Below are positions 56,803 through 63,706 of a stretch of DNA of 64,000 bases, one piece after another. Within the stretch, counting starts at the first letter, position 1; every line of letters begins with the position of its first letter. This DNA is from a virus. The DNA lies in IMG/VR virus record IMGVR_UViG_3300037042_004723, positions 32,001 to 96,000 of that record. One strand, given 5' to 3'. The translations under genes and the position numbers were made by a program. A model generated the notes under the pieces. That model was not told where the DNA came from. It ran no database searches and saw only the letters and a program-made list of their open reading frames with translations.

Positions 56803-57284
56803 TGTTCTCCAGAGGTACTCCGGCCATACAGCGAGTTGAGGTTACCAGCAGCACCCTGCCTGTGCGAGGTAGCAATCACGCCGCCTTTGTGGACATGCGT
56901 TTCCTCTGGGGGGCTCCGCTTGAAGCGGACCCTGGGTTCCGCTCGGTGGTTCTTCCATCCGGGTTCTCTTTGGTGCCGGCCCTGGGGTCCCGATGGGATG
57001 TCATGGATCTCAACGGGTTTCCACGCGCCGTTGTTCTCGCCTCCGGCGACAGGGGCTCGGTCCCGTCAATTGCTCCGGTCAAGAGATTTCACATGGGAGC
57101 CGACCCATTACGCGCTGGATTTCGAGGGTTTGTGAGCGATTGGGATTCGATTGTTTATCGGACGACCGTGCGTGGAACGCAGGAAGATGCGCTGTGCCTG
57201 GCGAAAAAATGGCTTGATGACAACAAGCCAAGATGGGATAGCTATACGTCTGCGATAAATTTCGAGCGCAGGCCGGCTGGGTGA
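56802..57284 (+). CDS. Hypothetical protein
   Basis: Operon context. Confidence 0.6.
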   Translation: MFSRGTPAIQRVEVTSSTLPVRGSNHAAFVDMRFLWGAPLEADPGFRSVVLPSGFSLVPALGSRWDVMDLNGFPRAVVLASGDRGSVPSIAPVKRFHMGADPLRAGFRGFVSDWDSIVYRTTVRGTQEDALCLAKKWLDDNKPRWDSYTSAINFERRPAG

Positions 57285-57308
57285 TAGTTTCTGGATCAGA
57301 AAATCACT

Positions 57309-57674
57309 ATGAGGGTTGCTATCGTAGGCTCCAGAGGTTATCTAGACCTCAATTCAGTGGCTAGTTTCATCGATTCACTCCCGGCCAATACGGTTGTGAT
57401 AACCGGCGAAACCAAAGGCGTTGATGCCGCTGCTGCGGCTGCGGCTAAACAGCGCGGCCTTGAGGTTGTGGTTCACCTTGCCGATTGGGTTCAGTACGGT
57501 AAGGCTGCCGGTCAGATCAGAAACCAAAAAGTGGTTGACGACTGTGATCGCCTGGTTGCTTTCTGGGATGGGACCAGTCCAGGCACCAAGGGTACAATTT
57601 CGATCGCCTCCAAGGCCGGCAAGCTTGAAAAAGTGTTCAAGGACAGAAATCCAACTCAGGGCAATCTCTTTTAG
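57309..57674 (+). CDS. SLOG-superfamily (DUF2493/YspA-like) protein
   Basis: VAIVGSR, G.KGVD, W..YGKAAG.IRN, AFWDG.S.GTK. Confidence 0.8.
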   Translation: MRVAIVGSRGYLDLNSVASFIDSLPANTVVITGETKGVDAAAAAAAKQRGLEVVVHLADWVQYGKAAGQIRNQKVVDDCDRLVAFWDGTSPGTKGTISIASKAGKLEKVFKDRNPTQGNLF

Positions 57675-57688
57675 AGATTGACAATTTC

Positions 57689-57931
57689 TTGAACTCGCAA
57701 AATAATAAAGAAATGAACTATAGCAAGCGAGACATGAAGATGATGGCGTACGGGGAGTACGCAGCTTTTCTTCTTGGTCCGGCTGCAGCAATCAGGACGG
57801 CCATGGCCCTTGACGGCTTTGGATTTGTCTTTAGGTTCGTCTGGTTCCTGCTTGCGTGGTATTTCGCGACCAGCATGGGGCTCAGATTGGTTCATCTTGG
57901 TTACGTACCTGTGAAGGCAGGTAAGGCGTAG
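57689..57931 (+). CDS. Small membrane protein
   Basis: Hydrophobic C-terminal half; start uncertain. Confidence 0.55.
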   Translation: MNSQNNKEMNYSKRDMKMMAYGEYAAFLLGPAAAIRTAMALDGFGFVFRFVWFLLAWYFATSMGLRLVHLGYVPVKAGKA

Positions 57932-58008
57932 CTAATTACGTATGCTCTCGTCGGTGGTCGATTTGGCTATCGACTCATTATATGGTAGAGATCTAGAAGG
58001 AGACAGAT

Positions 58009-58446
58009 ATGAGTTCGAACGTTGATAAGATTGTTGGTGACATCATCGAGCGGTTCCGTCCTTTGGTTCGTGAGGCGGTCCAGAGGGCTGACGCTGACGC
58101 CAGAGGTGAGCTGCTCGCGCAGTTCAATAAGGCCGTCGGCGGAGCGAACGGCTCCACCAAGGCGCCGACGGCAGCCGTGGGCGCCTTGGTGAAGCGCAAG
58201 GTCGGTCGCCCCAGGAAGAACCCGCAGCCGGAGACGGCGCAGGCTGCTCCGGCTGCTGAGAAGCCGAAGAAGAAGGCCAAGGCCAAGCGCGTGGTTTCCG
58301 ACGAGGTTCGCCAGAAGCTCGCTGACAACCTCAAGAAGGCTCGCGAGGCGAAGTCGGACAAGGCGAGGCCGGAGGGCGTCAAGCGCAAGCCTGGTCGTCC
58401 CCGGAAGGTTCAGCCCGACGCCGTCGCTGCCGCTCCATCGGCCTAA
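58009..58446 (+). CDS. Basic AT-hook (HMGA/histone-like) DNA-binding protein
   Basis: Two GRPRK AT-hooks; Lys/Ala-rich; AAGGAG RBS. Confidence 0.75.
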   Translation: MSSNVDKIVGDIIERFRPLVREAVQRADADARGELLAQFNKAVGGANGSTKAPTAAVGALVKRKVGRPRKNPQPETAQAAPAAEKPKKKAKAKRVVSDEVRQKLADNLKKAREAKSDKARPEGVKRKPGRPRKVQPDAVAAAPSA

Positions 58447-58449
58447 CCA

Positions 58450-58644
58450 ATGGGACGGCGGCCTAGTCCAGTTGCGCAGCAGCAGGACGACGTCGTCACC
58501 TATCGCCAGGTGGCGGAGTTCGTCTCCAACGCCAGGAGTAGAATTCCAGGACTGAAGTCCCTCAAGATCGAGGTGGCCGAAGACGGAACTGTCTCCTTCG
58601 AATTTGAAGTCTCCCGCATCATCGGTGGCAGGGGGAAGGTCTAA
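58450..58644 (+). CDS. Hypothetical protein
   Basis: Operon context. Confidence 0.6.
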   Translation: MGRRPSPVAQQQDDVVTYRQVAEFVSNARSRIPGLKSLKIEVAEDGTVSFEFEVSRIIGGRGKV

Positions 58645-58889
58645 ACGCCTGGCGATCGGAAGGTAAGCCGTCTTCTAGGTCATCGAAATGCAAGGAGTAG
58701 TCAAGGCTGGCCGGTCGCGCTTGGCTGGGGGTCGTGAAACGCTGCCACGGACTGCTTCCTGTGTGGAATGCAGAGGATCGTCCGGCCAGTCCTCAGAGCT
58801 TGATCAGCGACGAAAATAAAACCGGCCTTGCACCAATGACAAGGCCGGTCGTCCGACGCGGGATGAAGCAGTACGTCATTTTCCATTCG

Positions 58890-58963
58890 TGACCCAGGCA
58901 GGAATCGAACCTGCGACCTATTCTTTAGGAAAGAATTGCTCTATCCAACTGAGCTACTTGGTC
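58890..58963 (-). tRNA. tRNA-Arg(CCT)
   Basis: Cloverleaf: ATTCT-TTCCTAA-AGAAT anticodon arm; GCAGG-TTCGATT-CCTGC T-arm. Confidence 0.92.
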
Positions 58964-58964
58964 T

Positions 58965-59040
58965 TGGTGCATCCGGTTGGATTCGAACCAACGTAATTTC
59001 GCTTAGAAGGCGAACGCATAATCCACTAGACTACGGATGC
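58965..59040 (-). tRNA. tRNA-Arg(TCT), CCA encoded
   Basis: GCATCCG/CGGATGC acceptor; TTCGC-CTTCTAA-GCGAA anticodon arm. Confidence 0.9.
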
Positions 59041-60855
59041 AGTAACAGGCTTGGAGCGTACATCATCGTCAGATGAGTCCTCATTGTCAAAGGCCAATAC
59101 ACCCTTCGTCGCCCTGCGAGTCGACGGGATATACGGGCCGTCGTCGGGTCCCTTGACGTACGAGTTCTTCCAGAACCGCTTGATGGCGATCCACTCGTTT
59201 TCTTGACGCGGGGGCTGTCCACGCTCACGGAGCGCTTCGATAGTCACATCATCGAGGGGCTTGGTCTTGAAGATGTTATAGTTCAACTTCTCCAGGTCTA
59301 GCTCCATCTCGGCGTCCATGGGCATCTGCCCACGGTAGATCTTGAAGCACCAGTGGCCACGGACATCGAATCGATGGGCGTACTTCGCGCGGAGGGCGCC
59401 GGCTCCGTAGCCCCTGACGATTTCCCTGATGACCTTGTCACGCAGGTGGACCGTGTAAAACGGCGGCGGGACGGGCTTCTTGAGGCCAAGGTCCAGCATG
59501 CCCTTTCTGATTTTGCTCTGGCTGTGGATGCTGAGCTTGCGCTGGGCAACGATAGTGGTCTGGTGATCGTTGACGCAGTCGATCATGCTGTGAAGGATGA
59601 ACGGCGCTAAGCTCATCGGGCGGAGCCACTCTGGCTTCTCCTCGACTCGGTGCGTGACGATGTTGAGGTTCGTGTCAACATCGTCGCCACGGCGGTTGGT
59701 GCCCTGGGACAGCAGCAGCTCGTGGTGCTCGCCATCTTCTCCGACGAGAATTCCCGCCAGGAGGTAGGCGCCTGTCGGACCCGTGAGACCACGGGTCCGG
59801 ATTTGATGCTCGGAGAGGGCAACCCCCTCGGAGATTGCAAACCAGCAGACGTTGAACGGGAACTTATCCGGGAACGGAAGTTCTTCGCACGCCTTCAGCT
59901 GGCGCTTGTAGAGGATGAATCCTTCATTGTCCAGCACCTCCTGGTCGACCTTAGGGTCATTTGGATGATGGAACGGAATCTGGGCGATTTCTTCGGTGAC
60001 GTAGCGGTCCACCTGCATGTGCAGCTCGACGTAGGACTCCGGGGCGACTTCGAAGATCTTGGCCTGCCGAAGCAAGACGTACATCTTGCCGCACTCGCGC
60101 CGGAACTTTTCGTTGATTTGCTTGCTGTCGTAGTTCCGCTTCAGCACATTCAGAATGGTGAGGTACACGTTGATGACGTTGTCGTGGGTCCTGTTGCTGG
60201 GCTTGCCCCAGTGCGGAAGGTCATTGACCACCCACGGCAGCGGACCGCCACCCAGTTCCTCCAGGATGGCGGGAATCTTCGAGAAGGCGATGGCGCGCTT
60301 GTGCAGAACGTCCTCGGACGCCGGAAGTAGATGGGGTGCCTGCTCCATCGTCATCTTGACGGTCTCCTGCCACGCCTCCAAGATCTTCCGCTGAAGCTCC
60401 TGTGCGTTACCCTGCTGGACGTATTCATCCATGCGCATCGCAATGGCCCCAGCCTGCCAGCCGCCATCGTTGAAGAAGGTGAGATATATATCTTTCCCCT
60501 CGCCCTGGCGACGAACGCGCATGAACCACATCCCCCACTTCTTGCGCAACCTCTCGAAAAGCTCACGGTCCTTGTCGGTCACGCGATAGCCAATCCACTG
60601 CTGGCCCTCGTCGGTCATCAAGCCGATGTACTTTGGGGTCGGAGATTTGCTGGGCTTGGCAGCGTCAAGCTTGTCCTGCCAGCGAACCGTCAGGTTGCCC
60701 TGAGGATTGGGATATCCCTCTGTGGACGGCCAGATAAGCTGGATGACCGGGTAGATGTAATGTTCTGCGCCGTTGGGGCACGGAATATGATCGGCACCCA
60801 CGCGGACGATGACATTGCCTTCGTGGATAGGGGTTCCCGGGTCGATCTTCGCCAT
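59026..60855 (-). CDS. Large hypothetical protein with a C-terminal HRFDVRGHW...FWKNSYVKGP motif
   Basis: 609-aa ORF; class I promoter with ATG at +6. Confidence 0.85.
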   Translation of the reverse strand: MAKIDPGTPIHEGNVIVRVGADHIPCPNGAEHYIYPVIQLIWPSTEGYPNPQGNLTVRWQDKLDAAKPSKSPTPKYIGLMTDEGQQWIGYRVTDKDRELFERLRKKWGMWFMRVRRQGEGKDIYLTFFNDGGWQAGAIAMRMDEYVQQGNAQELQRKILEAWQETVKMTMEQAPHLLPASEDVLHKRAIAFSKIPAILEELGGGPLPWVVNDLPHWGKPSNRTHDNVINVYLTILNVLKRNYDSKQINEKFRRECGKMYVLLRQAKIFEVAPESYVELHMQVDRYVTEEIAQIPFHHPNDPKVDQEVLDNEGFILYKRQLKACEELPFPDKFPFNVCWFAISEGVALSEHQIRTRGLTGPTGAYLLAGILVGEDGEHHELLLSQGTNRRGDDVDTNLNIVTHRVEEKPEWLRPMSLAPFILHSMIDCVNDHQTTIVAQRKLSIHSQSKIRKGMLDLGLKKPVPPPFYTVHLRDKVIREIVRGYGAGALRAKYAHRFDVRGHWCFKIYRGQMPMDAEMELDLEKLNYNIFKTKPLDDVTIEALRERGQPPRQENEWIAIKRFWKNSYVKGPDDGPYIPSTRRATKGVLAFDNEDSSDDDVRSKPVTASVV

Positions 60856-60894
60856 GCCCTAACTACAACTGGGCTGGTTGAAACTTTCGAACAA

Positions 60895-61392
60895 TTATTG
60901 GTTGGCCATCAGTTCGTTATAGTTGAAGTCTTCTCCGAGCGATTCCTGAATTGATGTAGTTTCCTCATCGCGTCGCTTCACTGGCTCTTGGTTGTACAGG
61001 AAAACATGCCTTGGGACGCGGGTCAGGCCCTGCACGAACTTCTTTCCTTCTTCGGTGATTCGGTAGTTACCAACGCGCTCGCTGCCGTCATCCCGGGTGC
61101 CTTTCTGGTCTTCGATCAGTCCCCAGTAGCGAAGCTTGGACCAGTCACCGCCGCGAACAGTGGCCCCACTAATAATTCGTGACAGGTACGATGGGACGTG
61201 TAGCCATTGTTCAGCTGGATTGGATTCGAAGTATTTGTAAATGTAGATCAAGGCAAGCGACATGGAACCGTTTAGCTTGCGCTTATAGAGCTTCACGAAC
61301 TGGTTGCAGCAAGGGCAGTCGGCGCCCTCACTGAATCGCTCACGAAGCCATCGCTTGGCTTCCTCTAGGGTGCGCGTGTCAGCTTCAGCCAT
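60895..61392 (-). CDS. Hypothetical protein (CPCC, winged-helix-like C-terminus)
   Basis: Start at MAEAD. Confidence 0.7.
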   Translation of the reverse strand: MAEADTRTLEEAKRWLRERFSEGADCPCCNQFVKLYKRKLNGSMSLALIYIYKYFESNPAEQWLHVPSYLSRIISGATVRGGDWSKLRYWGLIEDQKGTRDDGSERVGNYRITEEGKKFVQGLTRVPRHVFLYNQEPVKRRDEETTSIQESLGEDFNYNELMANQ

Positions 61393-61448
61393 TGATACGA
61401 CGGTCGCAACCAGCCAGCCAATTGTCAACATCGGCGCAAGCGCTTGCG

Positions 61449-61536
61449 TGGTGGAAGACAGAGGACTCGAACCTCAAGCCCGTCAGGGCTCCAACCGCCT
61501 TCCGGGCAGGTCAGGACCATGGCCTGTTTATCTTCC
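61449..61536 (-). tRNA. tRNA-Ser(GGA) with an 8/4 acceptor/T-stem fold and long variable arm
   Basis: GGAAGATA/TGTCTTCC (8 bp), GAGG/CCTC (4 bp), variable stem AGCCC/GGGCT, loop CCGGAAG, CCA encoded. Confidence 0.75.
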
Positions 61537-61752
61537 ATGACGACGTTTTTTATCTGGGAGCGGGATGAGCTTGGCGATGGCTCCGCCTTTGATCGGCTTG
61601 CCGGCGGGGGGGTGGCGGATATGCGCCCATCTCTCTCTGGGCGGATCTCTTTTCACTTCCGTCGTGTGACCACATTGCTGGCAGTAGGTGATCATCGCTT
61701 CACCGGTCCGGTGAACATCGACGTGTTCGTATCCGCATTTGTCGCAAATCAA
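61528..61752 (-). CDS. Small Zn-ribbon protein
   Basis: CDKC...CQQC. Confidence 0.65.
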   Translation of the reverse strand: MICDKCGYEHVDVHRTGEAMITYCQQCGHTTEVKRDPPRERWAHIRHPPAGKPIKGGAIAKLIPLPDKKRRHGR

Positions 61753-62381
61753 TCCCAGTCACCCCGCAGGTACTTTTTTAGCTGCCACTGTTTCCCGAGG
61801 ACGTGATCTGTCACGACTCCATCCTGGGATCTGATGGTCCGGCGCTTGTCTGCCCGCATTCCCGACCCCACTTGCTCTCTGCGTGACGACGACAGGGCTG
61901 ACGACCTTTGCTCGTTTGCAGCATCCCATATTCTTGCTCGCAATATCTCCAGGGCGGTTTCTTTGTTGCTGTGCTGAGAGCGCTCAGATTCACAGCGTAC
62001 AGAGATTCCGGTGGGGACATGAGTCAGTTGCACGGCACTGTTGGTGACGTTGCGGTGCTGCCCTCCGGCGCCAGATCCACGGCAGAAGTTCCACTCCAGA
62101 TCGTCGTCTCGAACGACTACTTGGGTAGCAGTTGGCTCAGGAAGAACGGCCACCGTAATCGTGGAAGTTTGCATTCTTCCACCGGATTTCTCCTGCCAGC
62201 GGTGTCCACCCGATTCGTTGGCAAACGCTACATTAGCGCCCTTGCCAGATACCCTGAAGACGATGAGTCCAGGGCGCTCGGTCAGAAGTTCGACGCTAAA
62301 GACACCTCCGGCTCCCCATCTTTGCGTAAATGGAGAACTGGTCTTGAACGAGGCGCTTCGAGTGATCTCCGCCCTCACCAC
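61749..62381 (-). CDS. Peptide-chain release factor homologue (GGQ) lacking domain 1 and the PxT loop
   Basis: RGSGAGGQHRNVTNSAVQLTHVPTGISVRCESERSQ..NK; ESGGHRWQEKSGGRMQTS. Confidence 0.85.
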   Translation of the reverse strand: MVRAEITRSASFKTSSPFTQRWGAGGVFSVELLTERPGLIVFRVSGKGANVAFANESGGHRWQEKSGGRMQTSTITVAVLPEPTATQVVVRDDDLEWNFCRGSGAGGQHRNVTNSAVQLTHVPTGISVRCESERSQHSNKETALEILRARIWDAANEQRSSALSSSRREQVGSGMRADKRRTIRSQDGVVTDHVLGKQWQLKKYLRGDWD

Positions 62382-62427
62382 TTCGGATTTCTACTATTGC
62401 CGACACTGTGGGACGAGCCTAGCATAG

Positions 62428-62598
62428 TTAGAATTCGATAACTATGACTGTAGACTTCGCGGGCTCATCCTGCTGCATCGGGCGCTCTTCTTCGTAGAAT
62501 GGCGCTTCAATCTGCAGTGGTTGCTGAATGTTCTTCTGAGGGCAACTGGGACAGAAGCGCCAAGCTGGCCTTGCGTGGGGGCACAGTGGAATCTGCAT
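62428..62598 (-). CDS. 56-aa hypothetical protein (MQIPLCPH...), not in the ORF track
   Basis: GAGG RBS; translated by hand. Confidence 0.55.
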   Translation of the reverse strand: MQIPLCPHARPAWRFCPSCPQKNIQQPLQIEAPFYEEERPMQQDEPAKSTVIVIEF

Positions 62599-62637
62599 GC
62601 CTCAAGTATACCCCTGGCTAACTTGGCGTGCCTCAGT

Positions 62638-62671
62638 AAGCTAGTGCGTCTACCAACTCCGCCACGATGGC
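62638..62671 (-). pseudogene. 5' half of a tRNA-Leu-like gene
   Basis: GCCATCG-TG-GCG-GAGTTGGTAGA-CGC-A-CTAGC-TT, then unrelated sequence. Confidence 0.55.
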
Positions 62672-62878
62672 TTAAGACTCGTATCCCTTGGTGCCACGAC
62701 GTGGAATATTCTCCTCGCCTGGCGCCTTGGTCTTCAGCTGAAGCTTGGCCTGATTACGCAGGTACCTGTTGGCGCCCTTCTTGGCCAGCTTCACGCCCTC
62801 GCCCGGCTGGCTCCATTTATCAATGGCTCCACGCTGAGCGCCTTCGAGTCGGATGGCTTCGATAAGTTCACGGAACAT
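62672..62878 (-). CDS. Basic hypothetical protein
   Basis: ORF track. Confidence 0.65.
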   Translation of the reverse strand: MFRELIEAIRLEGAQRGAIDKWSQPGEGVKLAKKGANRYLRNQAKLQLKTKAPGEENIPRRGTKGYES

Positions 62879-62919
62879 GAACTGAAACTATGCCATCAGA
62901 TCTACGAAGTCAAACACGG

Positions 62920-62992
62920 TGCGTGGGAAGGGATTCGAACCCTCAAACATCTGACCCTAAATCAGACCGCTCACCAGCTGGCGTACCCACGA
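62920..62992 (-). tRNA. tRNA-Leu(TAG)-like with short variable region, overlapping the upstream tRNA
   Basis: TCTGA-TTTAGGG-TCAGA; GAGGG-TTCGAAT-CCCTT; first acceptor pair mismatched. Confidence 0.65.
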
Positions 62993-63058
62993 CCGGATTC
63001 GAACCGGCACTTTACCCGTCTTAAGCGGGTTGCTTCTACCAAATTGAGCTACGCGGGC
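62984..63058 (-). tRNA. tRNA-Leu(TAA)-like with short variable region
   Basis: GCCCGCG/CGTGGGT+A; ACCCG-CTTAAGA-CGGGT; GCCGG-TTCGAAT-CCGGT. Confidence 0.8.
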
Positions 63059-63063
63059 GTCTG

Positions 63064-63267
63064 CTAGTTCCAGCGGCTCACGGATAAGGCGGTCTTCTTG
63101 ACCATAATCCGTGCGCCATGACGAAAGAACGTCGTCTCTCCATCGTAAGAGTCGGCATCAGCCAAAGCGCGAGCAGCTGCGGATTTGGGGCCCATGACCC
63201 GCGCCGTAGCCTCAAGGACGCTGCGAGGAATCTCGGTCATGTGCTTTTCCTTGGCCATTCTGCTCAA
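63064..63267 (-). CDS. Hypothetical protein
   Basis: ORF track; start uncertain. Confidence 0.6.
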   Translation of the reverse strand: MSRMAKEKHMTEIPRSVLEATARVMGPKSAAARALADADSYDGETTFFRHGARIMVKKTALSVSRWN

Positions 63268-63530
63268 TTGACTGGGGTCGTATTGAAGCCCATGGCCATG
63301 AGCTTATCACGAAGCATCCGGTCGTTTATGTCTGGCTCTGAGACCGTACGGGCGGCCAATTCGATGAACCCGATGAGCGAATCGTTGTTCAGGTTGTCAA
63401 TGCGAGGCCCTGTATGAACGATAGTATCATGCAAGAGTCCAAAACAACGCGCCTTGCGCTCGCTGCTTGCGTTGTCCCGCATCTCCGCCATGTGGAGATG
63501 CATCGTCTTGACTTTTTCCTGAATCGTCAT
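63264..63530 (-). CDS. Hypothetical protein
   Basis: ORF track. Confidence 0.6.
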   Translation of the reverse strand: MTIQEKVKTMHLHMAEMRDNASSERKARCFGLLHDTIVHTGPRIDNLNNDSLIGFIELAARTVSEPDINDRMLRDKLMAMGFNTTPVN

Positions 63531-63535
63531 CTCGG

Positions 63536-63606
63536 TACTCCCAGAAGGAATCGAACCATCGTCAACGGCATGTAAAACCGTCGCACTACCATTGTGCTAT
63601 GGGAGC
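63536..63606 (-). tRNA. tRNA-Val(TAC)
   Basis: GCTCCCA/TGGGAGT+A; ACGGT-TTTACAT-GCCGT; T-loop TTCGATT. Confidence 0.88.
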
Positions 63607-63706
63607 AGATTCTCAGGCTTTCGCCTGATTGTCTAATTTTTAGCGCGTAACGTAAAGCAAATCACTGATATTATAGCTGATCAGTTCTAGCCACTTGATT
63701 TCCGCC

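Larger units (their letters stand above)
488..60888. promoter_or_regulatory. Class I promoter motif GAAA(A/G/C/T)-N14-(G/A)TTGTAGT-N6-start codon, about 49 copies
   Basis: Lowest coordinate of the -10 octamer: (+) 507, 749, 1052, 2253, 2713, 3258, 4598, 6197, 8926, 10695, 11193, 11998, 12577, 14234, 14470, 15128, 16355, 17084, 18260, 36692, 38626; (-) 2157, 4550, 6149, 7245, 7417, 7711, 8573, 8877, 10647, 11143, 11948, 12519, 13671, 14186, 15068, 16306, 17034, 18211, 18726, 19467, 19828, 20127, 20506, 21671, 22709, 24733, 25344, 60862. Fixed spacing to start codons supports promoter function (inference). Confidence 0.88.
4002..61448. repeat. Perfect 14-bp palindrome CGCAAGCGCTTGCG, 5 copies
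   Basis: Starts at 4002, 16016, 30023, 51787, 61435; partial copies near 11625, 21271, 55749. Confidence 0.8.

Noticed and set aside
61449-61536. tRNA-Sec (selC)
   Set aside because: It starts with GGAAGAT like selC, but the anticodon is GGA rather than TCA and the T-stem is 4 bp
62410-62671. Group I intron splitting the tRNA-Leu half
   Set aside because: The downstream GCTAG is not preceded by a terminal G at a suitable distance nor followed by a T-arm or acceptor strand, and the interval holds a plausible small ORF
61749-63606. Stop-codon reassignment implied by the release factor and tRNAs
   Set aside because: TAG, TGA and TAA all end well-supported genes directly before hairpins, long genes are uninterrupted, and no suppressor anticodon is present
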